This document shows, one piece after another, positions 1 to 14,489 of a stretch of 64,000 bases of DNA (within the stretch, counting starts at the first letter, position 1; each line of letters opens with the position of its first letter). The translations under genes were made by a program, and so were the position numbers. The DNA is from the human T2T-CHM13v2.0 reference genome, Homo sapiens. The stretch is from the NCBI RefSeq assembly GCF_009914755.1, contig NC_060926.1; one strand, 5' to 3'. The notes under the pieces were generated by a model. The model worked only from the letters and a program-made list of their open reading frames with translations, was not told where the DNA came from and made no database searches.

Positions 1-99
1 GCTGGCATCTTAATCACCTCACCCTTGTCCTGTGAAAATGCTTTTTGACAAATGTGATACTTTTTAAAAGTAATGTCATATACTAAATTTTATTTACAT

Positions 100-280
100 C
101 TTATGATAACCCTAGGAAGTAAATATATAATTATCCTCATTGTACAGATGAGGAGACTGAGGCTCAAGGTTAAGTGATAACTTGCAGTTATCCCACTGCA
201 AGTTGAATAGCATGACTTGAACGTGGGCTTTGTGACTTTAGTGTTGGCATCCTTCCACTCAGTGCTCCATTCCCATGCCA
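100..280 (-). mobile_element. MIR SINE fragment
   Basis: MIR core 'cattgtacagatgaggagactgaggctca' (reverse of the tgcctcagtttcctcatctgtaaa core). Confidence 0.7.
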
Positions 281-1659
281 TCATGGACTGCTTCTCTCTG
301 AGTTCCACAGGGGTTCCTTCCAGCAGGCATCAAGGAAATTTTCAATATACAGTCTCATGAACATGAACTGAAAATATTTGGGAAGTTAAAATAAACTCAT
401 TCTTCATCTAACTATTCATCCAATCGCTATTTAGGACCAGCACTAAGAGTTACGTATTTCTAACAAAAAGAATCCTTGATTCATATTTTCTAAGAACATA
501 CACTGACACTTTTAATGGCTTTTGACCAAGAGTTAATTATGCCCCTCAAAGAGGCCACTCCACGTTATCCACACTCATGATATTCTCTTCAATATGAAGG
601 TCCAAGTAAATATCAATCAATCACAGTGCCATATGTCACTGAATAAAATTATTCCTGAAAAAAATATTTTCTACATCAAACACTGACTTGGAGATAATAT
701 GATTCAGTATTTTTTAACCCAGTGTTGTCACAAAAGGAAACATAGGATTCTGATTATACATTAATGATTTTATTAAAATTATGTTAATAGATGCTGTATT
801 AAATCTGATCTAAAAATTTTTTAACCTAAAACCATTTTGTAATACACCACAAAAAATGATAAAAAAAATATATTTTAATTCCTAAGAAGTGGAGTTGTTC
901 TGTGGAAAGGAGTTTTGGAGTAAAAATAAATGAATAACAGAATAGGTGGTGGTGGGGGTTGCAGATTCAGTTTGTATTTTTCAGGAAACACATAGCCCCA
1001 GTTAGGAGAAGTAGCCTGTTGAAGGTCATCCAGTTAGTGGCAGGGCCAGGACCCACATCTCCTAACCCCCAATTCAAAGCGCTTCCTCTGAACCCTGCTG
1101 CCTCCTGATAGCACATCAGGTGATTTCACCTTCATGCCAAAACAAAGCAAAACAAAACAAAAAAACCCAGAAATATTGCACAACTCAATTTTCTATTTTC
1201 TTATTTAACATGTGGAATAACTTTCATCTATAGTTTAAGGCTACTCTCTCCCCCAGACTAAAGGGATACAGCAGTTTTAACCAAATTTCTGCACACTAGT
1301 TATGTTTCCTATGCTGCTTTATGTAGTGAAAAAAAAAATACAGTCAAAAGTAAGGATCACAAAGAGGAATTAGGTTGTTTGTTTTTCCTGTGCCTGACAC
1401 ATGCTCCTGTATTATTTTCTTATAATGCTGAAATTCATCAAATATAGTCCATGCTCATTTTTCTACTTGGTGCTTCATTGGCTGGCATTTATTTACGCAT
1501 AGTGAGAATGGGAGAAAGAGCCATTCCCCAGGCAGGGGCATAAGTAGCTCAGTGTTTGTTGTAAGGGAGGGAAAGAGTAGTTTCAGATACTAGGAGACAA
1601 GTAGAAAAAGAGTAAGTGTGAACATGGACACTTATACACAGGCATGTGTGTAATTCCAA

Positions 1660-1840
1660 GCGACATTTGTATGCATTATCTCATGCAATCTTCACAAGGA
1701 CCTTAGGAAGTAGGTACTATTGTTATTCTCATTTTTTTTTTTTTACATGAGGAATTTGACTTACAAAGTGACTGACCCAAGATCACACAGCTACTATGTG
1801 ACAGAACCAGGATCTGAACTGAGGCTATCTGACTCCAAAA
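1660..1840 (-). mobile_element. MIR SINE fragment
   Basis: 'ttacatgaggaa...aaagtgactgacccaagatcacacagcta...cagaaccaggatctgaac' matches antisense MIR. Confidence 0.7.
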
Positions 1841-1980
1841 ACCCACAGGGAGGAAAATTTTCTCCCTTCGGTTTCTGGAGGTTGATTTGCTACCCCTCGC
1901 TATCAAAATAGAAAGGAGTGCAAATGGTCAGGCCTTTATCAGGGACAAGTAATTTCTTAATGACTGAAGTTCTCTAGTAA

Positions 1981-2313
<333 letters not shown>

Positions 2314-2513
2314 TAATGATTTACTAGTAGGAATTACAGCCAAAAAATAAGCAGTGATTAAATGTTGATGTCCTCACTGCTGAGTTCCAATCTTTAGAAA
2401 GTTGGCTGGACTCACCTTTTGCTGTTATTTTCAATGATATATGGGAGAAAGGTAAAATAGCCAAGTACATGAAAAAAAAAAAATACAAGCACTATCTTAA
2501 AAGACAAGAATGA

Positions 2514-2861
<348 letters not shown>

Positions 2862-2875
2862 TCATAGTAGTGCAG

Positions 2876-3035
2876 TTTTAAAAACTGAGGTAAAATTCAC
2901 ATAACATTAATTAACCTATTAACCATAATGTACAATTCAGTGACACTTAGTATATATTCACTATGTTGTGCAACTTATCACCTCTAACTACTCCCAAGAA
3001 ATTTTCATCACCCCACAAGGCAACCCTGTACCCAT
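2876..3035 (-). mobile_element. L1MB-type 3' end fragment
   Basis: 'gaggtaaaattcacataac...tgtacaattcagtg...ttttcatcacccc' antisense L1M 3' UTR motifs. Confidence 0.65.
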
Positions 3036-4704
3036 AACAATGCAGTCTGAAGAAATACTATTAGGAAAGTTGGCAAAATGGAGGAAAGTAAGATACTAAG
3101 ATCCAGTGGTATGGCAAAAAGTGAGAAGTAGCTAATGGATTAATATAAAAATAAATATTTTAAAAATCGTATTTAACAAATTTTTGCTGGAACATTATAA
3201 TGTACAATGTACTGTGCAGAGTGTTGGATACTGTGGTTGGAGGGAGGATAGGGAAGGTAGCAAATATGAATGCAATCTGATTTTAGTCTTCAAAAGAGCT
3301 TGTAATCTCAAGATGAATTCAGACATGTCATCAATGGTACAAGGTAAGCAAGAGACAAGGGACTGGATAGAGAAAGGATAAGATACCAAAGGAAGGTGAT
3401 AAGAAGTATATTTGTTCTGTTTAGATTAAGCAAAGTCTAGTTCTTGAGCCAATGATGATTTTCTCTGTAAGACTATGAAAAGCAGATGCCAGACAAACTG
3501 CTAAAATCAAGGCAAATGTTACATGGGCACATGAAGTGAATCCCCACTCCCTAGGAATAAATGAGGAAAGAGGGGAGATAGTTAAGGCTCCATGTGACTA
3601 TTGGTCTTTATGGTTTTATGGTGTGTAGACACTCTTACAATAAAGTAGAAGCCAAATCCAAGACACAGATGGGGGGAAATGAAAAGAGGGTGCTATGCAA
3701 TCATAGCTTTCAAGGCATCATTTGTGCATTTAAGACATATAAAGAATGAGCAACATGAGCTGTTATGGATGCCAACAAAATTAAAATGGGACATAAAGAA
3801 GAGTACCATAGCATTGATGCTATAAAGACTAGGCTTATGCCCCAAGATGGAAGAAAATGCAACTGCTGGAGACTAAGCTTCAAATTCCACCCTGGCCAAG
3901 ATGAAATGGCAAATCATGCTACAAAGAAAGGTGATTTGTAAATATAGAAGAGGGGTATCTTTCCATAAGATAAAATGCAGAAGATCATCAATGGAATGTA
4001 AATATTGAGGACCTAAAAACTATAATAAGAAATTATCAAAGTACTCTTAAAGGAGATATATACTTATTAGAGAATAAATAATAAACCTGAGTACTATATA
4101 AAAATAACATATAGGAGTCTACAAGAAATAAAGGAATAAGTATAACCAGTTTATAGTAAATATAAAACAGAAATATCTTACAAAATGTTTTATTTATTTA
4201 AGAAATGATGGTTCTACAATAAAAATATTCGATAGGGGCAGCAAATACCATTGCATGGGATATGACATTATTTTTGGAGTCACTCAACCAAGATTAAGGG
4301 AAAGAAAGAATTGAATTACAGTTTTGAAGAAAAAGCTTATTGAGCTTATTCAGGGGAAGGGTGAATGATGAAGAGTAAATCATTGAAACTTGAAAATAAA
4401 GACTCAGGAGGCAGAAACATGAAGAACTACAGATATGTAAAAAGTCAGGAGAATTGGACATACATGCACAGTACTGGAGAACTGGGCAAAATGTATTAGA
4501 AGAAAGAGGAGAGTGAAACAAAAGTGTCAGCAAAGACAGCAAAGAGAAACCCATTACATTTATAAGAAATAAAACTTTTCTGTTTTGATGAACAACTATA
4601 AATGGGTATAAAATATAAGTATGTTTGGAAAGAAAACATTTGAGAACCATATGAGTTAGTGGGAGTGAAAGTGCTTTAAAAATTACAAGCTAATATACAA
4701 ATAA

Positions 4705-5026
<322 letters not shown>

Positions 5027-5264
5027 GCCAAATAAATGATTTTATCTCACTGGAGCATAGCAGTGATGGGCTTTCACACAGTCCAGGCAAAGAGGGCAGA
5101 AGCATTTAGCTGGTCCTGCTCGGTTACCATAAAACACAGTGACTAGCAAGGGCAAGTGTGTTGAAGACTGGGATTGCCAACGACTGTCTTCTCTGTACTT
5201 GTCAGTGCTGGCTGGAAGAAAACCTCTGGAAAATCTTCTTCTTGTGCAGAATCTTCAATTTGTA

Positions 5265-5690
5265 TTTTTTTTAAATTGGGATATAATTCACCTACCATAA
5301 TATTCACCCCTTGAAAGTGTACAATTCAGTGGCTCTTAGTATATTCACAAAATTGTGCAACCATCACCACTATCTCATTCTAAACATTTTCATCACCATA
5401 AAAAAAACCTCTAAACCCATAAGTAGCCCCTCATTTCCCCCTCTTCCCAGCGTCTGGCAACCAAGAATCTACTTTGTCTCTATGAATGTGCTTATTCTAG
5501 AAATATCACATGAATAGAATCACACCATATGTAACCTTTTGTGTTTGGTTTCTTTCACTTAGTGTTTTTCATGTCCATCCATGTTGTAGTAGGTATGAGT
5601 ACTCAGTCCATTTTATGGCAAAACAATATTCCATTGTTAGATAAACTACATTTTGTTATCCATTCACCAGTTGATGAACATTTTCAGTTT
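5265..5690 (-). mobile_element. L1MB-type 3' fragment
   Basis: Antisense L1M 3' UTR motifs (aagtgtacaattcagtgg, ctactttgtctctatga, cattcaccagttgatgaac). Confidence 0.8.
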
Positions 5691-6370
5691 TTTTAAATTT
5701 CCTTTAATTTTTTTCTAGTGTGCAGATATTTGGAAATTATTCTTACATTCAACTAGACAAATTCCAAGTATGTGATATAAGGTTCTTAAGATTAATTTTA
5801 AGATAAAGAATTTGTATAAAAATTGGCAAACATCACAAAAGGCCTAGAAATGAATAAAGTGGCTTTATGTATGTATTTACATATATAACCACTTTATTAT
5901 ATATACATATATATGCATATAATGTCTATATAATGAGATCTTGTGACCAGTTATCTACATCTAACTTTCCCTATTTAGGTACACATTTTCCATCGAATGG
6001 CTGCTCTTTGCCAAAAAAATAAATTAATTAATTAAAAGGCCATGACTTTTCTCAGTGCCCCACATGAAACAATACCTCGAGTAAATCTTCACTTCACTGG
6101 ATTAAAACTTGTATGTTCCATCTACAGAGTTAGTGTTGATCTTTCTCAGAGTTGCATCAGCTTTAACAAACATTTGAACATCACAGTATGCAAACAAATG
6201 TGAACCTAAACCATTGTTGAAAGCTGACCATGGCAAAATGCATGAAAGAAAGGAGCTGGATAAAAATTACTTGCTAAACCTGCAGTTTAAGTTATTGCAC
6301 CTTTTTATTTTTTTTCTTAGTTTTCCTCACTGAAACCAAACATAGGCTGAGAAATTTTAAGTTGCAGAAG

Positions 6371-6383
6371 GATAGATAGATGG

Positions 6384-6438
<55 letters not shown>

Positions 6439-6458
6439 TAGATAGATGATAGACAGAT
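6371..6458. repeat. Compound (GATA)n(GACA)n microsatellite
   Basis: Tandem GATA/GACA units read directly. Confidence 0.95.
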
Positions 6459-6554
6459 GAAGAAATTTCCCACTTAAAAAATATGCCCTGTGAGTGGTTC
6501 TAATTTAGTTGAAGGAGTTTGGGTAAGTTCAGATTTCCATGGTAACTCTGATAT

Positions 6555-7300
6555 CATTTATTCATTAAGCAAACATTTATAGAAGAATTACTTACTATGT
6601 GCCAGGTATCTTGAGGGCTACAAATACAGAACAATATTGCTTCTGACCTCATGAAAATGAGTATCTAGTGAGGAAAGTAAGATATGAATACAAATATCTA
6701 TAATATAGAGTGGAAGTGATAGCTCCTATGATAGAGATGCAGATAAATTGTTACAGGAGTTCAGAAAAATTATAGGTCCCTTGCAGTTAAGAGAGACCAA
6801 GAAAAGCTGGGCAGGCAGAGAAGGTGATATCAGAACCGTGGCCTTAAACTGTAAGGAGAGGTAGAATCTGAACAGGTAGAAAGAGGGAGCAAGAACCGGT
6901 GGGACAAAGGGACAAAATCAGAGCATTTCTGGGCATGTGAAGGAAGAACAGGAAGCTCAGAAGACTGTGGGACAAGGAGCAATGCGCCACAGGATGGGAA
7001 ACAGGGTTGAGTCAGACAGTGCAAGGTCTTGGATGCCATGAGAAAGAGTTCATATTTTATATTGTAGCCAACAGAGAGCTATTAAGGTTTTTGAGCAGGG
7101 AAGTAATAGGGAAGAGCTGTATGTGGGAAAGATTAACTTGTAATCCAAGTATAAAATCATGTAAAAAGGGTCGGAGGAAGGGGCCCAAAGTGGGAAAACC
7201 AGTTAGGAGTCTATTACCATGGTCCAAAAGAGAGAGACACCGTCAGACTAGAGGCATGGAAGAAAGAAATATTATGAAATCAGAATCGAATAAATGTTTC
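6555..7300 (-). mobile_element. L2 LINE 3' fragment
   Basis: 'cattaagcaaacatttat...tactatgtgccagg' L2 terminus, followed by degenerate L2 body ('ttttgagcagggaagt'). Confidence 0.7.
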
Positions 7301-9452
7301 ACATTCTTGTTGTTAATTGTGTTCCAGAAAGCTAAATTCTATTAAGTTAATATAGAAACAAGCTTTGACTGACTGGTGACAATATCAGGCACCTGTACCC
7401 AAAGATACACAGAAAATAACCCTAGCTCTCTGTTAAAAAAGAAACTTATAATACCAATGGTTTTCGAGAGTCCTTTCCAGTTAAATTTTTCTTTTTGAAA
7501 TACTTAATCCATCATTAAGATTCTCCAGGGAGAGTTCTCATAATCCAGAGGTTAAGGATTGCAGAATTCTAGACACTGAAGTCTAGGCCAGTTTCCCCAC
7601 CTCCAATTTTACTGACAGTGAAACTGAACACCATAGAGGAAATGACTTCTCCAGGAAAACATTGCTGGTTAGAATGCAAATCTCCTGATCTCTGACCCTC
7701 ATCTCATTAATGCATATTCTGCTGTGGATATTCTATGTTGGCTAGAACTGAAGTATCAAAATAAAGTGACTCTTTTAGTTCACATGGGCTTAAAAAATTG
7801 GTTTCAAATAAATAGCAAACAAAAAATATGACTCCATCAGAAAATTGGAAACCTGCAAGGTATTGCTGTCTGGATGAAATACTGATGTACCACATGCCTT
7901 ACTTATCAGGTATCATAAAACACTGGCTTAAATGCAATGTAGCAACCACTTAACTCTGTGGAAAACTCTGATTACTTAGGGGAATTCCTTAGGTCTTACA
8001 GAGAACTTGTGGTCTCCAAAATATAATACCAAACTTTTTTTTATTGAGAACACCAAATATGTTTTTAATAGAATTCAATTTAGGATTTCAGGAAGTAACT
8101 GAAAATCTGCAGCCTATAGGCATTGCAGAAATGAAGGAAAAGGGCATCAGTCTCTCAAAATTCTGGCAGGAAAGGAGTGGCTATCTCCAAAGTTATTTTT
8201 CCTCTGGAATAAGCTGCTTGCTGGTGCCAAAGAACAGCTCATCAGCAATGTTGTTTGATTTTGTAGGGATGTTTTGAAAGAGAAAAAAAAATTAGGAATG
8301 AATGCTGTGATTTTTTAAACCTCATATCCCAAAACCTATAATAATTTTGCTGCTTTTTATTTTTAAAAAACAAAACCAAATGTTTGAGATTTGATTTTGA
8401 GTCCACCATGTTCACTGCAGGCATATTATGTCAATCTTATTACAAGATGCAGCATGTAATTTCTTTAAATGCTGCCAAAGACAAAGAAAAAAAAAACCAT
8501 ATATTACCTTATAGACTCAAACGACAGCACAAAAACAAGCTATAAACTACCATTTCTCTACCTCTCCTGGAGGGCTCTCATCCTCCAAAAATGTACAGGG
8601 ATGTCTCATGTGTACTCCCAAAACAGTTCTCTTGGCTGCCATGTGGTTCACAATTCTCCATGCCTGATATAAGCAGCTGCTGGCAATCCTTCAAGCCATG
8701 TCCCACTGCCCACCAAAAGCACTACCACCACTGTTGCAGTTGCTGATGTGTGCAAGCAGGCCTCCAAGGCTCAAAGCTCAACTTCAAGGGCATCAAAGAT
8801 ATTGATAGTCCTGGAGCCAAGGCTGCTGCTGCTGGCACCAATATTCATGACACAAACAAGCTGCACTCTCCATGTCCTAAGAAGATTAGCAAACACCAAC
8901 TCCTTTAGTTTCTACTAGGTCTTATATTACAGACACTTTGGGGTCACAGAACTCAGAGACAGATGAGGTAGATGTTCAATAGCTATTTGTTGAAAGAATG
9001 AATTAGTCCTCCTTGCTGGGCTAGAAGCAACCTGAGTGGCAGACATCATGTGTACTCAGACATGTTCAACCTCATCTGCTGTCTTAATACAACCTCTGTA
9101 CTTTGGTTCTTCCTTCCACTGGGATGAGTTCTTTCCTGGAGGCTACTTGAGTTGTCTTATAAGTAGAATTCCAGAAGGCCCATCCCACTAGATACCAGGC
9201 ATGTCCAGATATGCCTGAATACTGGGGAAGATAAAACTTAGGCTCAACCTTTACCACATACTATCTTTCTTCATCTTAAAAAAGGAAATACAGAACTGAC
9301 ATAATTATACAAATAATTCAAGTTTTTGTTTTTCATTTGAATCTCATTGGGAGTTACAAATTGGCAGCCTGTAGGCTGAATCTGGCCAGATGATTTTTTT
9401 TTAAGCACACATGATTTTAAAAAATTTTGTTTGAGTTAGTATACATCTAGAT

Positions 9453-9641
9453 CAGTGGTTCTCATACTTGAATGTGCATCAGAATCAAGCTTGTTACAAC
9501 TCCAGGGCTTGTTAAAACTTAGATTGCTGGGCCCCACCCCCAGCATTTCTAATTCCATGGCTCTGGGTTGGGGGCCAGATAACTTGAATGTCTACCTAGT
9601 TCCTAATGTAGCTGGTCTGGAGACATATTCTGACAACCAGT
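9453..9641. mobile_element. MER5A hAT-Charlie MITE, probably within an older hAT element
   Basis: cagtggttctca terminus, 'tgcatcagaatc', 'gctgggccccacccccag', reciprocal terminus near 9641. Confidence 0.8.
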
Positions 9642-10254
9642 GCTTAGGTGCTCTGTAGTTTTCCCACACCCCTCACCAGTCCCCATTGCATTTCATCTGA
9701 CCCGTTTTATTCATTTCTATTACTAACTGCTTGGCCTGTGAGTCTGAAAATTCTGTGAGTCTCAATATTTCAGGTGAAATCCCTTTTACAGCATGACTCA
9801 TGGAGATGATTGTATAATATTATCCACTTTATTTCACTTGTAATACGTGGTTTATCTATGGCCTCACAACAGAATGTTCAGCAAATACTCAGGTTCTTAT
9901 TTTTTTTATCAGGGCTACTATTGACATTTGCTTGTTCAGGGGACCACCCCCACTCCTTCTCCTGTGCACATAGATCTGCTTGATATCAGCCCAATCCAGA
10001 AGTGGAAAATGAGAAAGGCCAGAATGCTTATGACAAATGAGAAAGCAATTTCATTTTTGTCTGTTTGATCATGTCACTTTTAGAATTAAATGGTGATTTT
10101 TCAAGCATATCTGTATTTGAAATTTTAATCTATACCTTGGTCAAAGACCAAACATTGCCTGAAAACCAAATACTGATTATATTCATAGCTATAGGCATAG
10201 TAATATGTGAGGATAATTTAAATCTGTCATAAAGGATAAATGTTTATGTTTTTT

Positions 10255-11890
10255 AAACTTTTTATTGAAGTATTACCAGATAAACAGAATAGTATATACA
10301 TCATAAATGTACAGATCATTGAATTTTCACAACTGAACACACTCATGTAACTACCACCTAGAGCAAGAAAGAGATCATTACCAGCTCCCCAAAATCCCCC
10401 CGACAACCCTTTCAAATATTAACTCCCAAGGTTACTACTATGCTGACTTCTAACAGCATAGATTAGCTTTGCCTATTTTTGTAATTTGTACAAATGAACT
10501 TATACAATATGTACTCTATGTGTCTGGCTTTTTTTGATCAACATTATGTTTATTAACATTGTTTTTTAACTTTTATTTTAGGTTTGGGGGTACTTGTGAA
10601 GGTTTGTTATATAGGTAAATACATTTCACAGGGGTTGTTGTACATATTATTTTATCACCCCAGTATTAAGTCCAGTACCCAATAGCTATATTTTCTGCTC
10701 CTTTCCTTCCTCCCACCTCAAGTAGACCCCAGTGTCTGTTGTTTCCTTCTTTGCATTGATAAGTTCTTATCATTTACCTCCCACTTATAAGTAAGAACAT
10801 GTGGTATTTAGTTTTCTGTTCCTGCGTTAGTTTGCTGAGGATAACAGCCTCCAGCTCCATCCATGTTTCCACAAAACACATGATCTCATCCTTTTTTATG
10901 GCTGCATGGTATTCCATGGTGTATATGTACCACATTTTCTTTATCCAATCCTAATTCTTTATCCAATTAGGTTGATTCCATGTCTTTGCTACTGTGAATA
11001 GTGCTACAATGAACATTCGGATGCATATATCTTCATGGTAGAATGGTTTGTATTTCTCTGGGTATGTACCCAGTAATGGGATTGCTGGGTTGAATGGTAG
11101 TTCTGCTTTTAGCTCTTTGAGGAATCACCACACTGCTTTTGTGGATAGCAGCAATCAAACTTTTGTGGAAAGCAGTGTGGTGATTCCTCAAAGAGGAATG
11201 GTTGAACTAATTTACACTTCTACCAACAGTGTATGTGTTCCCTTTTCTTGACAACCTTGCCAGTATCTGTTATTTTTTTACTTTTATTAATAATAGCCAT
11301 TCTGACTGGTGTGAAATGGTATCCCACTCTGGTTTTGATTTGCACTTCTCTAATGATCAGTGATATTGAGCTTTTTTTTCATATGCTTGTTGGCCACATG
11401 TATACCTTCTTTAGAGAAGTGTCTATTCATGTCCTTTGTCCACTATTTAATGGGTTTTTGTTTTTCTCTTGTAAATTTAACATGGTTAATAAACATTAAC
11501 ATCACTAATGAACATTATGTTCATTAACATTGTTATATATAATCATAATTTGTTCACTGTCATTGCTGTATAGTATTCCATTATGTGATTACACTACAAT
11601 TTAGTCATTCTACTATTGATGAGCATTTGGATTATTTACATTTTGATGGGGCTAGAAAAAGTGCTGCTACAAACATTCTCATATATGTCTTTTGCTGCAC
11701 ATATATGTGTACTTCTATTAAGTATATAGCTTGGGGTAGAATTGCTGAGTCAGAGGATATATGTATATTCAGCTGTAGGAGATTCTGCCCAAAAGTTTTC
11801 CAAAGTGATTGTGCCAATTTATACTTCTATTAGATGTGTATCAAAGTTCCAGTTTCTCCACATTGTTTCCAACACTTTGGATTTTACTTA
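10255..11890 (-). mobile_element. Old L1M 3' fragment split by an L1PA insertion
   Basis: Antisense L1M 3' motifs on both sides (10255-10563 and 11511-11890), colinear across the insert. Confidence 0.75.
10564..11478 (-). mobile_element. 5'-truncated L1PA13-15-like element
   Basis: Antisense L1PA 3' UTR/ORF2 end (ctcccacttataagtaagaacatgtgg; ttttatggctgcatggtattccatgg); ~24-bp TSD aacattatgttyattaacattgtt at 10540-10563 and 11511-11534. Confidence 0.9.
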
Positions 11891-13764
11891 TTACTCTAAA
11901 GAGAGATTTGACTAGATTTAAGTTATCAGTGTCTTTATCTAATTTTCATACATCTTAAGTTCACTGCACACCTTCTATCACTTTCAAGCAATCAAGGCAT
12001 ACATCTTTCTTTAATAAATGATTGGGCTTCGCAACCAATTTGTAAATAGATACCTTAGTGAATTTGCTGTCTAAGTGAATATTCCTCCTGCCATAAATTA
12101 TCTGTTTGTTTTTAAGCCACAAAGTATATTATGAATGGGAAGATAATGATTATTCTCTGTGTTTGCAGCTGTAATCTAAATGTGTAACCAACATTACTTT
12201 GCATTTGGTAACAGGCAGTTGTTATTTGTAGCAACTCTTCCTGCAGGTGATGCTCTTCCTCAAACCACAATTTCCATAATACATTAAGAAGTTTAAGACC
12301 TCACTCTAGTCTTACTGTACAAGGTAATTTGTCCATTTGCTGCTCCTAGTTCCTACAGCCCAGAGCCATGCCCAACACATGAGCAGTTAATTGTCTTTTG
12401 GTATAAAAACATAGTTCTTTCTCCTGTCCATGAGGAATATATAATTGCTTTACTTCTAGTTCTTCTGCTCATGCATTCTTGGCACATCTATTTTGTGAAA
12501 TTCTGTCCTGATGATTTTGGTATTAACCAATTTTGGTATTAATCAAAATTGTGGTATGTGGAAAGCTATTGCTGAGAAATTTTATATCCTTAATGGGATA
12601 TCCAGGAAGTCAGATGTTTCTGGATAATGTCTGCCTTTAGGGAAGGAAGCTGGAATTTTCTGGATAAAGGTTGACTCTAACAATCAGTAACAAATTTCTG
12701 ATATTGTGCAATGTCTCTTACTTTGCTGTAAGCTGATCCTTCAAAAATACTGAGACAAAGCACTTAATAAAGACATCTTTTGTGGCACCATTAAGCACTA
12801 GCTAGGGAGTCAGTCTCAGGTCCCTCGGACCTTCTTTGATTTATTTTTTTTTTCAGGCTCATTTATCCACTGTACACCCTGAGTTAAGATACCTGCACAG
12901 AGCTGGGTTTCTCCTGGGCATCTCTGGCAGCCAGCTGTTAGAAATAAATGTTTTATTTAATTGTTTAATTGAGTGGGAAATGGTTTAAGTAGAGTTGGTC
13001 TCTTGTATTTCACTATGCTTAATGTTTACTTTCTTTGCTTGCCTACTTTGAATGATTTCTGGCTTTGATAAATTGCATCTTAAATTTTTTTGGTTTACCT
13101 GCATGATTACAATATTTGCATTTTTTTTTCAAATTTAATGGCTTAACAATGTAACGTCATTCCTCATTTGCCACTTTTAATCAGAAACTGGGTAAGTGAA
13201 AAATCAGTGTTGTGGATTATTTTATTTAAAAACCCTCTGATTTCTTTAAATAAATCATTTAAAAATTCAAGCAATTTATAAAAGCACAACAAATAAAGCC
13301 CCCTCTTACCACTCAGAAAATGACTGTTGCTAACTTTAGGTGAATATTATTCCAGACTTCTCTATGCCTATATACAGATAAAAGATTAGACAAACAAAAA
13401 GCAAGATAAATGGAAAACGTTATTAAAATTGGATCATACAACAGCTGGTGGTTAATAAAGAACTATTAAAGTTTACTTCAGTTTAACAAAAGAAAAAGAA
13501 AACTGAATGATATGGATTAGCTGAACTCCAGATAAATTTTTTCTCACATGTCAGGCATATTTTAGAGATCTCAATCATGTGTGCTTGGGCTTGACTCAGT
13601 CTGATGTCTATCTCTTGGCATAAACCCAGAGGAATTTCTTGACTGTATGTCCAGGAATATTAGTCTCCCCTATCTCTAATAGTTCATCTTATTACAGTGT
13701 AAGTGTTTTTGTCAGTAGCCTGTTGTTCTTTCTGTAAAAAGATAAAATGGAAAGAAAGAAACAG

Positions 13765-13842
13765 GAAGAAGAGAAAAGGAAGGAAGGGAGGGAGGAAGGA
13801 AGGAAGGGAGAGAGGGAGGAAGGAAGGGAGAAAGGAAGGAAA
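13765..13842. repeat. (GGAA/GGGA)n purine-rich simple repeat
   Basis: Read directly. Confidence 0.9.
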
Positions 13843-14489
13843 GTTTCTATTTCAATGTCTGTATTCTAGCTTATAATTTTAGTGGTCCTCTTAATTAAAG
13901 TGCCATGTAACTTGTGGATGATACTCACCCAACATTATAGGGAGACTTAGTGTTTTAAGATAGGTCTGGCCTTCCTACTTCATTACAGAATAGGTCCCAG
14001 GGATCACTTTGGGATGGTCCTCAGAATTTATCGTGCCCTGCCTGATCCATATCCTCTCACTAATGAGGTAGATTGCATTAAAAGCCTCGTCTTGTTCAAT
14101 CTATTTTATGCAGTCTGCCATGCCTACAAGGGTTCTTTTTTCTTATAAATTCTAATGATATTATCTGTAGATTATCAACCCAAAACTTGAGAGCAGTGAT
14201 AACTAACAAAAGACCCATACGAGATGACATAAAAACGTTGGTGGATTGTTTATTGTATGTTCCACACAATGCCACAGACCATGACCTTCTAGAACATCTG
14301 GGTAACGTGCCAAGCAGCACCAGGGAAACTCTATACCCAGTCCTTGCCTCAGTAACACAGAGCCCAATGTTATCAGTTGCATTTTATTACTAGCCTGTAA
14401 AGAATTTAAGGGTGCTATAATTGAAAATGAACTGAAAATTTAATAAGAAAGGCCAGCATGACACATGACGCAGGTGAACGGAAAGAAGG

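Noticed and set aside
3500-4680. Strongly purine-skewed stretch resembling an ancient retroelement internal region
   Set aside because: Could not be assigned to any family or reading frame by eye
8673-8919. ~80-codon stop-free frame in a GC-richer patch
   Set aside because: No early ATG, convincing splice sites or recognisable homology; likely chance or a decayed repeat
12514-12550. Short tandem duplications and palindromes (also 35460-35531)
   Set aside because: Ordinary slippage-scale events; no array or spacer structure
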